Below the pieces are notes generated by a model. It worked only from the letters and a program-made list of their open reading frames with translations. It made no database searches and had not been told where the DNA came from. Source: an uncultured virus (IMG/VR IMGVR_UViG_3300028840_001562) (Duplodnaviria; Heunggongvirae; Uroviricota; Caudoviricetes). Taken from it: 20,000 nt of DNA. The stretch lies in IMG/VR virus record IMGVR_UViG_3300028840_001562. One strand, 5' to 3'. This document shows positions 1 through 6,848 of this stretch, piece by piece. How positions within the stretch are numbered: the first letter of the stretch is position 1; every line of letters starts with the position of its first letter. The position numbers and the translations under genes are program-made.

Positions 1-1
1 T

Positions 2-163
2 TTGCATGGAAAAACGATCGAAGATTTTGTTCAAATTCTGAAAGACAAAAAAACACACCTGCCCGACGTTTCATTTTGGCCGATGTGGTACAGGGCGCAC
101 TGTTCTCCTGAAACATTCAGAAAACGGGTTGTTGCGAAATTCACAGGGAAAATGGGCAAATAA
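2..163 (+). CDS. 3' end of an upstream gene (5'-truncated by the window), possibly another GT-B glycosyltransferase
   Basis: Frame 2 is open from base 2 to TAA 161-163 (LHGKTIEDFVQILKDKKTHLPDVSFWPMWYRAHCSPETFRKRVVAKFTGKMGK*), and the stop lies 1 nt before ATG 165. The C-terminal helix loosely resembles GT-B ends, which is weak evidence. Confidence 0.6.
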   Translation: MHGKTIEDFVQILKDKKTHLPDVSFWPMWYRAHCSPETFRKRVVAKFTGKMGK

Positions 164-164
164 A

Positions 165-1196
165 ATGGAAAAATTGACGGTTTGTCACGTTAGGTCGCAT
201 AGGGGGCCAAGGGAAACAAAGCTTGCATACTGCCAGAAAAAAAACGGCAAGGTTACACCTCTTTGGATAGGTCTTGCCGGGAATGAATACCAAACAACAA
301 TGCCTTTTGAGCGTGCCATTGAACCGCCCCCAGGGCAAAAGGGGCTGTTTCTAAAAAAAGCCGTGGAAATAATTAACAAAAGCGTTGATGTGTATCATGT
401 TCACAATGAGCCGGATTGGCTAATTACCGCAATGAAGGAATTGACATCGAAACCAGTGGTTTGGGATGTTCACGACCTAAACAGCTTGCGAACAGGAATC
501 ACAAGAGAAGATGAAAGGCTTGCTTTTGAACTTGCCGACGGGATTTTGACAGTCAACCAAGAATTGGCCGCCATCATAAGAAGCAAAACCGAAAGAGATA
601 TTCCAATCGGCCAATATCCAAGCTATTGCCCAATGGATTGGATGCCGCCACCAATACAAGAGCCAAACGGGCCGGACATCATTATCGCAACAGGATTAAA
701 CCCGCTTGCTGGCCATTACAGAAATTGGTTTAGCTGTTTCGATGAGATCCTAGACAGCGGGTTTACATTAGTGTGTTATTCGGGCGCAATTAAAGATTAT
801 CATAACCTTTTTCGATATAGGTATGAAATAAAAGAGCCGATCGACATAATAGAGCTTTTGGGAGCATATTCTAATGCTCATTATGGTTTGGCGGGGGCTC
901 CAAATCATAACCCGTTAATGTCGCTCGCGACACCTAACAAGCCTTTCGAATACATAGCCGCTGGAATCCCAGTAATTGTTTTTGGTAGGCACCACAAAAT
1001 GTTGGAAACTTTCGAGCGGTTAGAGATCGGCATAGGCATAGATTACATGAGCGAATTACCCGATGCCATCGAACACGCAAAACGCACCAAAATGCGCGAA
1101 AGCGTGATCCAAAACAGAACCTTGTTCACCATGGATAGGCACGAACCGCTTGTTTTCGATTTTTATGGCGATGTGCTCGATAGGGAAAAAACATAA
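165..1196 (+). CDS. Glycosyltransferase, GT-B fold (GT4-like)
   Basis: N-lobe motifs DVYHVHNEPD, KPVVWDVHD and ELADGILTVN; C-lobe PNKPFEYIAAGIPVIV matches the GT4 PxKxxEYxAxGxPV signature. ATG 165 is preferred over TTG 129 because it follows the upstream stop at 163. Confidence 0.88.
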   Translation: MEKLTVCHVRSHRGPRETKLAYCQKKNGKVTPLWIGLAGNEYQTTMPFERAIEPPPGQKGLFLKKAVEIINKSVDVYHVHNEPDWLITAMKELTSKPVVWDVHDLNSLRTGITREDERLAFELADGILTVNQELAAIIRSKTERDIPIGQYPSYCPMDWMPPPIQEPNGPDIIIATGLNPLAGHYRNWFSCFDEILDSGFTLVCYSGAIKDYHNLFRYRYEIKEPIDIIELLGAYSNAHYGLAGAPNHNPLMSLATPNKPFEYIAAGIPVIVFGRHHKMLETFERLEIGIGIDYMSELPDAIEHAKRTKMRESVIQNRTLFTMDRHEPLVFDFYGDVLDREKT

Positions 1197-1197
1197 A

Positions 1198-1234
1198 TGG
1201 TTCTTGCGTTTGACTCCATTTTTCGCAAGGACCA
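1198..1234 (+). other. Stem-loop immediately after the glycosyltransferase stop
   Basis: TGGTTCTTGCG (1198-1208) pairs with CGCAAGGACCA (1224-1234): 11 bp with one G-U pair and a 15-nt loop. No U-tract follows, so it is not a classical intrinsic terminator. Confidence 0.5.
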
Positions 1235-1267
1235 CGCGCCGCGAATGGGTTGCCAACGTGGTGCAAT

Positions 1268-1303
1268 GGGGCGGTCGGGGGCGCGGGCGCGGTCGGGATC
1301 GGG
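1268..1303 (+). repeat. G-rich tract with five runs of 3 or more G and a direct repeat GCGGTCGGG x2
   Basis: G-runs at 1268-71, 1277-81, 1285-87, 1295-97 and 1301-03; GCGGTCGGG at 1271-1279 and 1289-1297. Confidence 0.7.
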
Positions 1304-1323
1304 TTAAACCAAACAGCCGAATC

Positions 1324-1350
1324 CTTTAATAAGAGAAGGCGTTATTAAAG
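1324..1350. promoter_or_regulatory. Perfect 9-bp inverted repeat (operator-like site or RNA hairpin) just before ATG 1354
   Basis: CTTTAATAA-N9-TTATTAAAG; the spacer GAGAAGGCG is purine-rich and SD-like. Confidence 0.5.
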
Positions 1351-1353
1351 ACG

Positions 1354-1584
1354 ATGAACCCAACAGCCAAAGTTGAGATCGTTGTTACAGTGACAAAGAG
1401 ATGCACAAACCAATTTATAGGGACCATACAAGACAATGGCAGGTCTTTCCGAGATGTTGGAACATGCAGGTCCGACGCTGTTCAACGCGCAATAAAGAAA
1501 TGGGCATCAACTATAGACGCATCAGAAGAATGGGCAAAACGATGGGTTAACAGCCAGCTAACTGTGAAAGTTGGAACTACATGA
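1354..1584 (+). CDS. Hypothetical phage protein (76 aa)
   Basis: ATG start, same strand as the operon, ATGA overlap with the next ORF. Confidence 0.6.
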   Translation: MNPTAKVEIVVTVTKRCTNQFIGTIQDNGRSFRDVGTCRSDAVQRAIKKWASTIDASEEWAKRWVNSQLTVKVGTT

Positions 1585-1784
1585 AAGAAGCTATTCGCAG
1601 ATATGTTAATATCATGGACGATCGTATTGCCCACGGCAGATACAACAAGATCGTGCGAAAACACTATGGGGTGCAGAGCAGACAGATCGCGGCCCTTATG
1701 GACATACTAATTGATCTGAAAGTATTGCCGAAAGATCCACCGGAAAGCTTGTTGAATGACAAAAGCGATTGCAAAGAAGGTTAG
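1581..1784 (+). CDS. Hypothetical phage protein (67 aa)
   Basis: ATGA coupling with the previous ORF; its end overlaps the terS start. Confidence 0.6.
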   Translation: MKEAIRRYVNIMDDRIAHGRYNKIVRKHYGVQSRQIAALMDILIDLKVLPKDPPESLLNDKSDCKEG

Positions 1785-2265
1785 GACTAGCGGGAAAGGG
1801 CTTGTCGGCAGACCGACAAAGTTCACGTTTGACAGGATCAGGCGTTACTTAGAAGCGTGCAGAGCTGGTTATTCTGTCTCGACTTGCATAGCAAAAGCTG
1901 GATGGAAAGAAACATCTTTGCGTAAGTATAGGGAAAATGCGCGATTTTCGCGAATGGAAACAAAGGCGCGTCAAAAGGGTCAGTCCGTTCTTTGTGAAAT
2001 GGCCATTGATGCTGTGAAAATGTCACTTCAGAGGGGTTACTGGCCAGCAGCGGAAGGCGTATTGACTCGTTTTGATCCTGCTTGGAAACAGGAGCCCCAA
2101 TACATGGGCGACACAACGAATGTTTTACAGTTTATCATAAACAATGCGGTTCAAGCCGATTCGTCGAACACGAGGGTAATAAGGGAAGTTGTCGGTGAAG
2201 CAACGCATGAGGGTGAAGGCGATCAACAAGAAATCGAAAGTTCCAATGATCAGCTTGAAGAATAA
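1756..2265 (+). CDS. terS: Terminase small subunit (HTH type)
   Basis: GRPTKFT followed by an HTH-like segment (AGYSVSTCIAKAGWKETSLRKY), a helical core and a W-x-AA...LTRFDP-x-W motif; lies upstream of terL. Confidence 0.78.
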   Translation: MTKAIAKKVRTSGKGLVGRPTKFTFDRIRRYLEACRAGYSVSTCIAKAGWKETSLRKYRENARFSRMETKARQKGQSVLCEMAIDAVKMSLQRGYWPAAEGVLTRFDPAWKQEPQYMGDTTNVLQFIINNAVQADSSNTRVIREVVGEATHEGEGDQQEIESSNDQLEE

Positions 2266-2455
2266 TTGGGCAAAATTTAAAGAAATTTTGAACAAATTCA
2301 AAATAGACAAAAGAGATATATTTGCGCCACATGAACACAGAACGGCAGAAATAGCGGAGCTTATTTTTTCCAGTTTGATTTTGTTGAAAATGTGCCAATC
2401 CGATGAAGAGGAAAACGGACCTATTGTAAATGGTGATAACGATGGCAAAAGTTAA
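2207..2455 (+). CDS. Hypothetical protein between terS and terL (start uncertain: 2189, 2207 or 2246)
   Basis: Fills the gap between terS and the Cys-rich gene; ATG 2207 is preceded by GGTGA. Confidence 0.5.
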   Translation: MRVKAINKKSKVPMISLKNNWAKFKEILNKFKIDKRDIFAPHEHRTAEIAELIFSSLILLKMCQSDEEENGPIVNGDNDGKS

Positions 2456-2795
2456 ACTATTCAACGAAAAAAACAGACTCAAAAAAGCAAAATGCCCAGA
2501 ATGTGGCAAAAGAAGCACTGTCAATGATTGGGGTAATAATGATTACGAATTAAGAGGGTGCGACCTGTGCGGATCTCACGCAGCTTATAAATGCCCGAAA
2601 TGCGCGAAGTTAATAGATGGAATTAATTTTATTCCAGAAGATGAGGCCGTTAAATGTAAAGCGTGCCTTGATACAGGCGTAACTTTGCCAACCCAGGCAC
2701 CAGAAACGCCAGACTGTGACGGTAATTATTGGGATGGTGGCGGTTATCGGTGCGATTGTGGTCAAAAACCCACAAGACCGCTTGAGTATGAATGA
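2442..2795 (+). CDS. Cys-rich multi-zinc-ribbon protein
   Basis: Motifs CPEC, CDLC, CPKC, CKAC and RCDCG; ATGA overlap with terL. Start is 2442 (after GGTGAT) or 2430. Confidence 0.7.
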   Translation: MAKVKLFNEKNRLKKAKCPECGKRSTVNDWGNNDYELRGCDLCGSHAAYKCPKCAKLIDGINFIPEDEAVKCKACLDTGVTLPTQAPETPDCDGNYWDGGGYRCDCGQKPTRPLEYE

Positions 2796-4228
2796 AACTA
2801 GATGTTAAAAAGAGTTACCGGCCCGCTAAAAAGCTTGCCAATCATGTTCGGTCGAATTGGTACAACGACCCCGTTGGGTTCGGTCAGAAGATTTTAAGAG
2901 TCAAGGAATTCCACGAAAAGCCACAACTGCTTGGCTTGCGGGAGATGGCAAGCACAAACGATGTGCTCATGCGAACCGGGCACGGTGTAGGCAAGTCATT
3001 CACGCTTGCCGCTGCAATCCTTTGGTTTTTCTGGACTAGGCCATTTTGTCGTATACCAATTATCGGGCCGTCATGGTCGCAGTTGAAGCGTTTCCTGTGG
3101 GCTGAAATTGATAAAATGTGGTTGCGCTTGCCGAAGGAATTCCAAGCCGCAGCGCACAAGACAAAGCAGCAAAGCTTTTACATGAAGGGGCCGGGGAAAT
3201 CTGCCCATTACGAACCATGGAAAAATCTGTGGTGCTCGTTTACTTTTTCAGCAAACACAGACCCGGACTTGCTCGAGGGTTTGCATGCTGGCCGCGTGTT
3301 TATCGTGATCGACGAGGCCAAGGCCGTGAAAAAGGAAGCGTTTGATGCGATCGAGGGTCAAATCACAGAAAAGGGCATCTACCAAAAGGTGATGGCATCA
3401 ACCCCTGGAGATCCAACCGGGGAGTTCTACGACGCAAACACAAAGCACGCTGATAGATGGAACATCATTCACGCGACGCAATATGATTCTCCTATGATCA
3501 ACCCACAGACCATAGAGGACAAAAAGAAGAGGTGGGGCGAAAGTTCCCCTATATTTATTTCTAAGGTGTTGGGCAATTTTGCCCCCGGGGGGATTGACCG
3601 CATTTTCACGCTCACCGCATTGGAAAATGCAATGGGGAAGATGCCAGCTATTGAGGGAGACAGGTGGCTTGGCGTTGACGTGGCTCGTTTTGGCAATGAT
3701 ATGACGGCGTTTGTCATTTATCAGGGCGGCCAGGTATTGCATTATGAACAGTATGGAGGGCGTGATCTGATGCACACGGCCGGGCGCATCACGGATTTTG
3801 TCAGAAAAGGCGAAATCGAGGGCGTGTGCATTGATGACCGAGGTTTGGGCGGGGGCGTAACGGACCGGCTACGCGAAACCCTGCCCGCCTCGGTCGAAAT
3901 GGTGCCAATAACAGGTGAGGAGCGGGCACAGGATGAGGAGCACTATGCTAACTGGCAGACCGAGCTGCTTTTCGACATTCAGGATAAAATGAACACCGGC
4001 GAATTGAGATTGGGCAACTTTGAAGAGTTAAGAGCACAGCTTTCAACAATACCCTATGAGTTTACAAGCGCAGGACAATTCAAGATGCCAAGCAGGCCCA
4101 AGTTTCACTTGCCAGACGGTGGTGCAGCTCTGTCTTATGCGCATTACGGAGCAAGCGTTGCACACGGTTCAAGCCTATCTGCATTCGATGATTTGAACCG
4201 GGCAGCAGTGATTCCTTCGCAGTGGTAA
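2792..4228 (+). CDS. terL: Terminase large subunit
   Basis: Walker A RTGHGVGKS, Walker B FIVIDEA, coupling motif ASTP, and RNase H-like nuclease motifs LGVDVARFGND and IDDRGLGGGVTDRL. Confidence 0.96.
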   Translation: MKLDVKKSYRPAKKLANHVRSNWYNDPVGFGQKILRVKEFHEKPQLLGLREMASTNDVLMRTGHGVGKSFTLAAAILWFFWTRPFCRIPIIGPSWSQLKRFLWAEIDKMWLRLPKEFQAAAHKTKQQSFYMKGPGKSAHYEPWKNLWCSFTFSANTDPDLLEGLHAGRVFIVIDEAKAVKKEAFDAIEGQITEKGIYQKVMASTPGDPTGEFYDANTKHADRWNIIHATQYDSPMINPQTIEDKKKRWGESSPIFISKVLGNFAPGGIDRIFTLTALENAMGKMPAIEGDRWLGVDVARFGNDMTAFVIYQGGQVLHYEQYGGRDLMHTAGRITDFVRKGEIEGVCIDDRGLGGGVTDRLRETLPASVEMVPITGEERAQDEEHYANWQTELLFDIQDKMNTGELRLGNFEELRAQLSTIPYEFTSAGQFKMPSRPKFHLPDGGAALSYAHYGASVAHGSSLSAFDDLNRAAVIPSQW

Positions 4229-4249
4229 CTCGAAACAACTTGAAAATGA

Positions 4250-4265
4250 CTTGCCAAATTGTCAA
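4250..4265. promoter_or_regulatory. Pseudo-palindromic TTGnCA-N3-TGnCAA site upstream of the portal (copy 1)
   Basis: CTTGCCAAATTGTCAA; its reverse complement matches 6564-6579 at 15 of 16 positions. Confidence 0.5.
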
Positions 4266-4286
4266 AAACCGTGTTACCCGTCTAAT

Positions 4287-6542
4287 ATGCCACGAACAAG
4301 AAACCGCGTTTTGAGGGGAGAGCGCGCCCCATCCAAAGCAAGGAAGTTCAAAGAGCGTCCTGCCAAACCGCCCATTAACAAAGCCGAAGGTGTCGCTGGT
4401 TTTGAGGTGCAAATGTATGGGTGGGATAACCTTCGGGACGCTGACGAATACAACCCCGATCTGTATGGCGCCTCCGGCATTACTGTTTACAACAAGATGG
4501 CCAGGAATGACCCAACGATTCAGGCAATGCTGCTTTCGTTGGAGCTTCCAGTTACAAATGCCGAATGGACAATCCAAGAGCCGAAAGACCCCGAAAAATT
4601 AGAAACAGAATGCTCCGAATGGTTGCAATGGGCTGTTTTTGAGGGGATGGAACAAGAGTTTGATTCCGTTTTGCGGCTGGCAATGGAGTCATTGAAATGT
4701 GGCTTTTCACTTGGCGAAAAAATCTATGATTATGACGCAAAGAAGCGTTGTTTTGTAAAAAGCCTCGCCCCAAGAGAGCAGTCAACAATCAAACAATGGG
4801 TCATTGATAACAACGAAAATCTGACAGCGTTCAAACAACAAGTATATTCAGGCGTTACCAGGGGAACCTACAACATACCCCGATGGAAAACTGTGCTTTT
4901 TGTAAACCGCCCAAGCTCAGGGAGCCCCAAGGGGCAAAGCATTCTTAGGGCGGCCTATAAGCCATGGAAGCGCAAAGAGAAGTTCGAAAAGTATCAAAAC
5001 GTACAATTTATGCGCCATGCGGTTGGTATCCCAAAGATAGTGCTACCGAAAAACGTGAACGCATCGGACAAGGTTGCAGCGGCCAATATCGCCAAGAACC
5101 TAAGAGCCCACCAGCAGAGTTACGCCATTTTCCCAGAGGGTTGGGAAGTTGATTTTATGGATCAGGGTCAATCCAAGTTTTTGGATATTCTGCCAGGCAT
5201 CAAATATTGTGATGATCAGATGATCAAGGCGGTTTTGGCTCAATTCCTGAACCTTGGTGAACATGCCACAGGTAGCTATGCGCTTGGCGAATCGTTTGTT
5301 TCGATTTTCCTTCAGAACCTCGAGGCAACGGCCAAAAGTATTGCTAGGGTGATCAACAGGGAATTGATTGGCGACCTAATCGAAATGAATTTTCCTGGTA
5401 TCGAACAGGGCCGAAGGCCGAAAATTGTGGTTTCTGGTATCATAACGGAAGCTTACAAGGAAATGGCAGAGGCTTATTCTGCGCTGTTTACGAGCGGCGC
5501 TGTCACTCATGACGAAATCACGGAAGATGCGATCAGAGAGCGGATGCACTTGCCGTTGAAGGATAAAAAAGCCCAGAAAGAAGAGGACGAGCCAGAGCAG
5601 GACGAAAAGGACGAAAACGGGGATGGGGTAACTGGTCAAGCCATGACACTTCCTATACCGCTAGCAAAAAAGGCAGCCGCGTTACCTTCCGAAATAGCCG
5701 GTTACCCCATCCTTCAGAAAAGAGAGATCAGGCCCTCCGAGCGATATGTCACTTGGAAGATGATCGAGGGGAGTCTTGATTCCGGTACTGGTCAAATAGT
5801 CACCATTACTCAGGATTCCCGGCAGCAGATCCTTGACCTATTGCAGCAACAGATCATTGACGTTTTGAAAAGCGGCCAGCCTGGCGAGGCTTTCAAGATT
5901 GCTGTTCCCGATGAGATGGAACGTGCAACCGCTGAGTCTATCAAAACCGTGTTGACCGAAATGTATGATTATGGTCGGCAAACGGTCAAAGATGAGCAGA
6001 GAAGGCAACAGGCGGCCCAAAAGAAGGCCGCAGAGCTGAAGAAACCACCGAAGGTCAAGAAAGTAAGCCCAACAAAGAGCGTTGCAGACCCTAAGAACGC
6101 CGAGGCTATATTGGAAGCCATGAGCGTGCGGTTAGGCCAGCGGGTATGGCAGCAGGTCGAAAACAGCGCAAGGGATCTTGTCATTGCACAACTGGCAAGA
6201 GGCCAAGCCGATGTTGAATCAATCATGGAATCGATCGGGGAACTTTCTTCAAAAAAAATAGAAACATCGGCAAGCAATGTAGTTAATGAGGCGTTCGGCA
6301 AGGGCCGAGCTTATCAGATTGAAGAGGTCGGCGGAGACATTCAATATGTCGAACTTTCATCAATGCTCGATATGAATACATGCGAGGAATGTGCGAGGCT
6401 GGATATGGAGCTTGGGCCTATTCTTGTTGGCTCTCCAGAGTATGATCGCTATATGCCGCCCCTGGTCAACGATTGCTTAGGCGGTGGCCGATGCAGATGC
6501 GTTTACGTTGCGACGTTTGAAGAGTCTGCACCGGAAGCATAG
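4287..6542 (+). CDS. Portal protein (Mu gp29/DUF935-like) with a C-terminal MuF/SPP1 gp7-like head morphogenesis domain
   Basis: Follows terL. Portal motifs KMARNDPTI, GFSLGEKIY, PKGQSILRAAYKPW, RHAVGIP, IKYCDDQMIKAVLAQFL and GSYALGE; then an acidic linker; then a C-terminal LDMNTCEECARLD...PP...CLGGGRCRC. ATG 4287 is preferred to TTG 4251. Confidence 0.9.
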   Translation: MPRTRNRVLRGERAPSKARKFKERPAKPPINKAEGVAGFEVQMYGWDNLRDADEYNPDLYGASGITVYNKMARNDPTIQAMLLSLELPVTNAEWTIQEPKDPEKLETECSEWLQWAVFEGMEQEFDSVLRLAMESLKCGFSLGEKIYDYDAKKRCFVKSLAPREQSTIKQWVIDNNENLTAFKQQVYSGVTRGTYNIPRWKTVLFVNRPSSGSPKGQSILRAAYKPWKRKEKFEKYQNVQFMRHAVGIPKIVLPKNVNASDKVAAANIAKNLRAHQQSYAIFPEGWEVDFMDQGQSKFLDILPGIKYCDDQMIKAVLAQFLNLGEHATGSYALGESFVSIFLQNLEATAKSIARVINRELIGDLIEMNFPGIEQGRRPKIVVSGIITEAYKEMAEAYSALFTSGAVTHDEITEDAIRERMHLPLKDKKAQKEEDEPEQDEKDENGDGVTGQAMTLPIPLAKKAAALPSEIAGYPILQKREIRPSERYVTWKMIEGSLDSGTGQIVTITQDSRQQILDLLQQQIIDVLKSGQPGEAFKIAVPDEMERATAESIKTVLTEMYDYGRQTVKDEQRRQQAAQKKAAELKKPPKVKKVSPTKSVADPKNAEAILEAMSVRLGQRVWQQVENSARDLVIAQLARGQADVESIMESIGELSSKKIETSASNVVNEAFGKGRAYQIEEVGGDIQYVELSSMLDMNTCEECARLDMELGPILVGSPEYDRYMPPLVNDCLGGGRCRCVYVATFEESAPEA

Positions 6543-6593
6543 TTGACACTTTGACAAAAACGCTTGACATTTTGGCAAGCATTCCTTCACAAT
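6543..6593 (+). promoter_or_regulatory. Candidate promoter/operator for the protease-capsid genes (three TTGACA hexamers; copy 2 of the pseudo-palindrome)
   Basis: TTGACA at 6543, 6551 and 6564; TTGACATTTTGGCAAG at 6564-6579; weak -10 CACAAT at 6588-6593 (18-nt spacer from the third TTGACA). Confidence 0.55.
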
Positions 6594-6623
6594 ACCTGCA
6601 GAAACTTTCCAAGGGGCTTTTCC

Positions 6624-6848
6624 TTGCCGTATCCAAACGAGCACGCTTGCAGGGTCAAAGATCCAAGCCAATTTGACAGTTTTAGCCGAGACAACAGCAA
6701 GAGCCCAAATCTGATTTTTGGCATCAAAAACGGAAAACCAGAGATTCAATCCTTCAGGTATCCCATCAATGATTGGACGGAAGATAAAGCAACGAACCAT
6801 TGCGATATGAATGGGGGCGATTTTGAGCCAGCAGAAACAGACAGTTAG
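6624..6848 (+). CDS. Small head-module protein/domain (MPYPNEHACR...FEPA), possibly the N-terminus of the protease
   Basis: SD AAGGGG at 6611-6616, 7 nt before TTG 6624; 74 aa. The pattern is recalled from phage prohead-protease-associated proteins and was not database-verified. Confidence 0.65.
   Translation: MPYPNEHACRVKDPSQFDSFSRDNSKSPNLIFGIKNGKPEIQSFRYPINDWTEDKATNHCDMNGGDFEPAETDS

Noticed and set aside
4251..4286. TTG start for the portal at 4251 (and TTG 6564 for the small head ORF)
   Set aside because: Both TTGs are the first bases of the shared pseudo-palindromic motif and lack an SD; ATG 4287 and TTG 6624 are more plausible.
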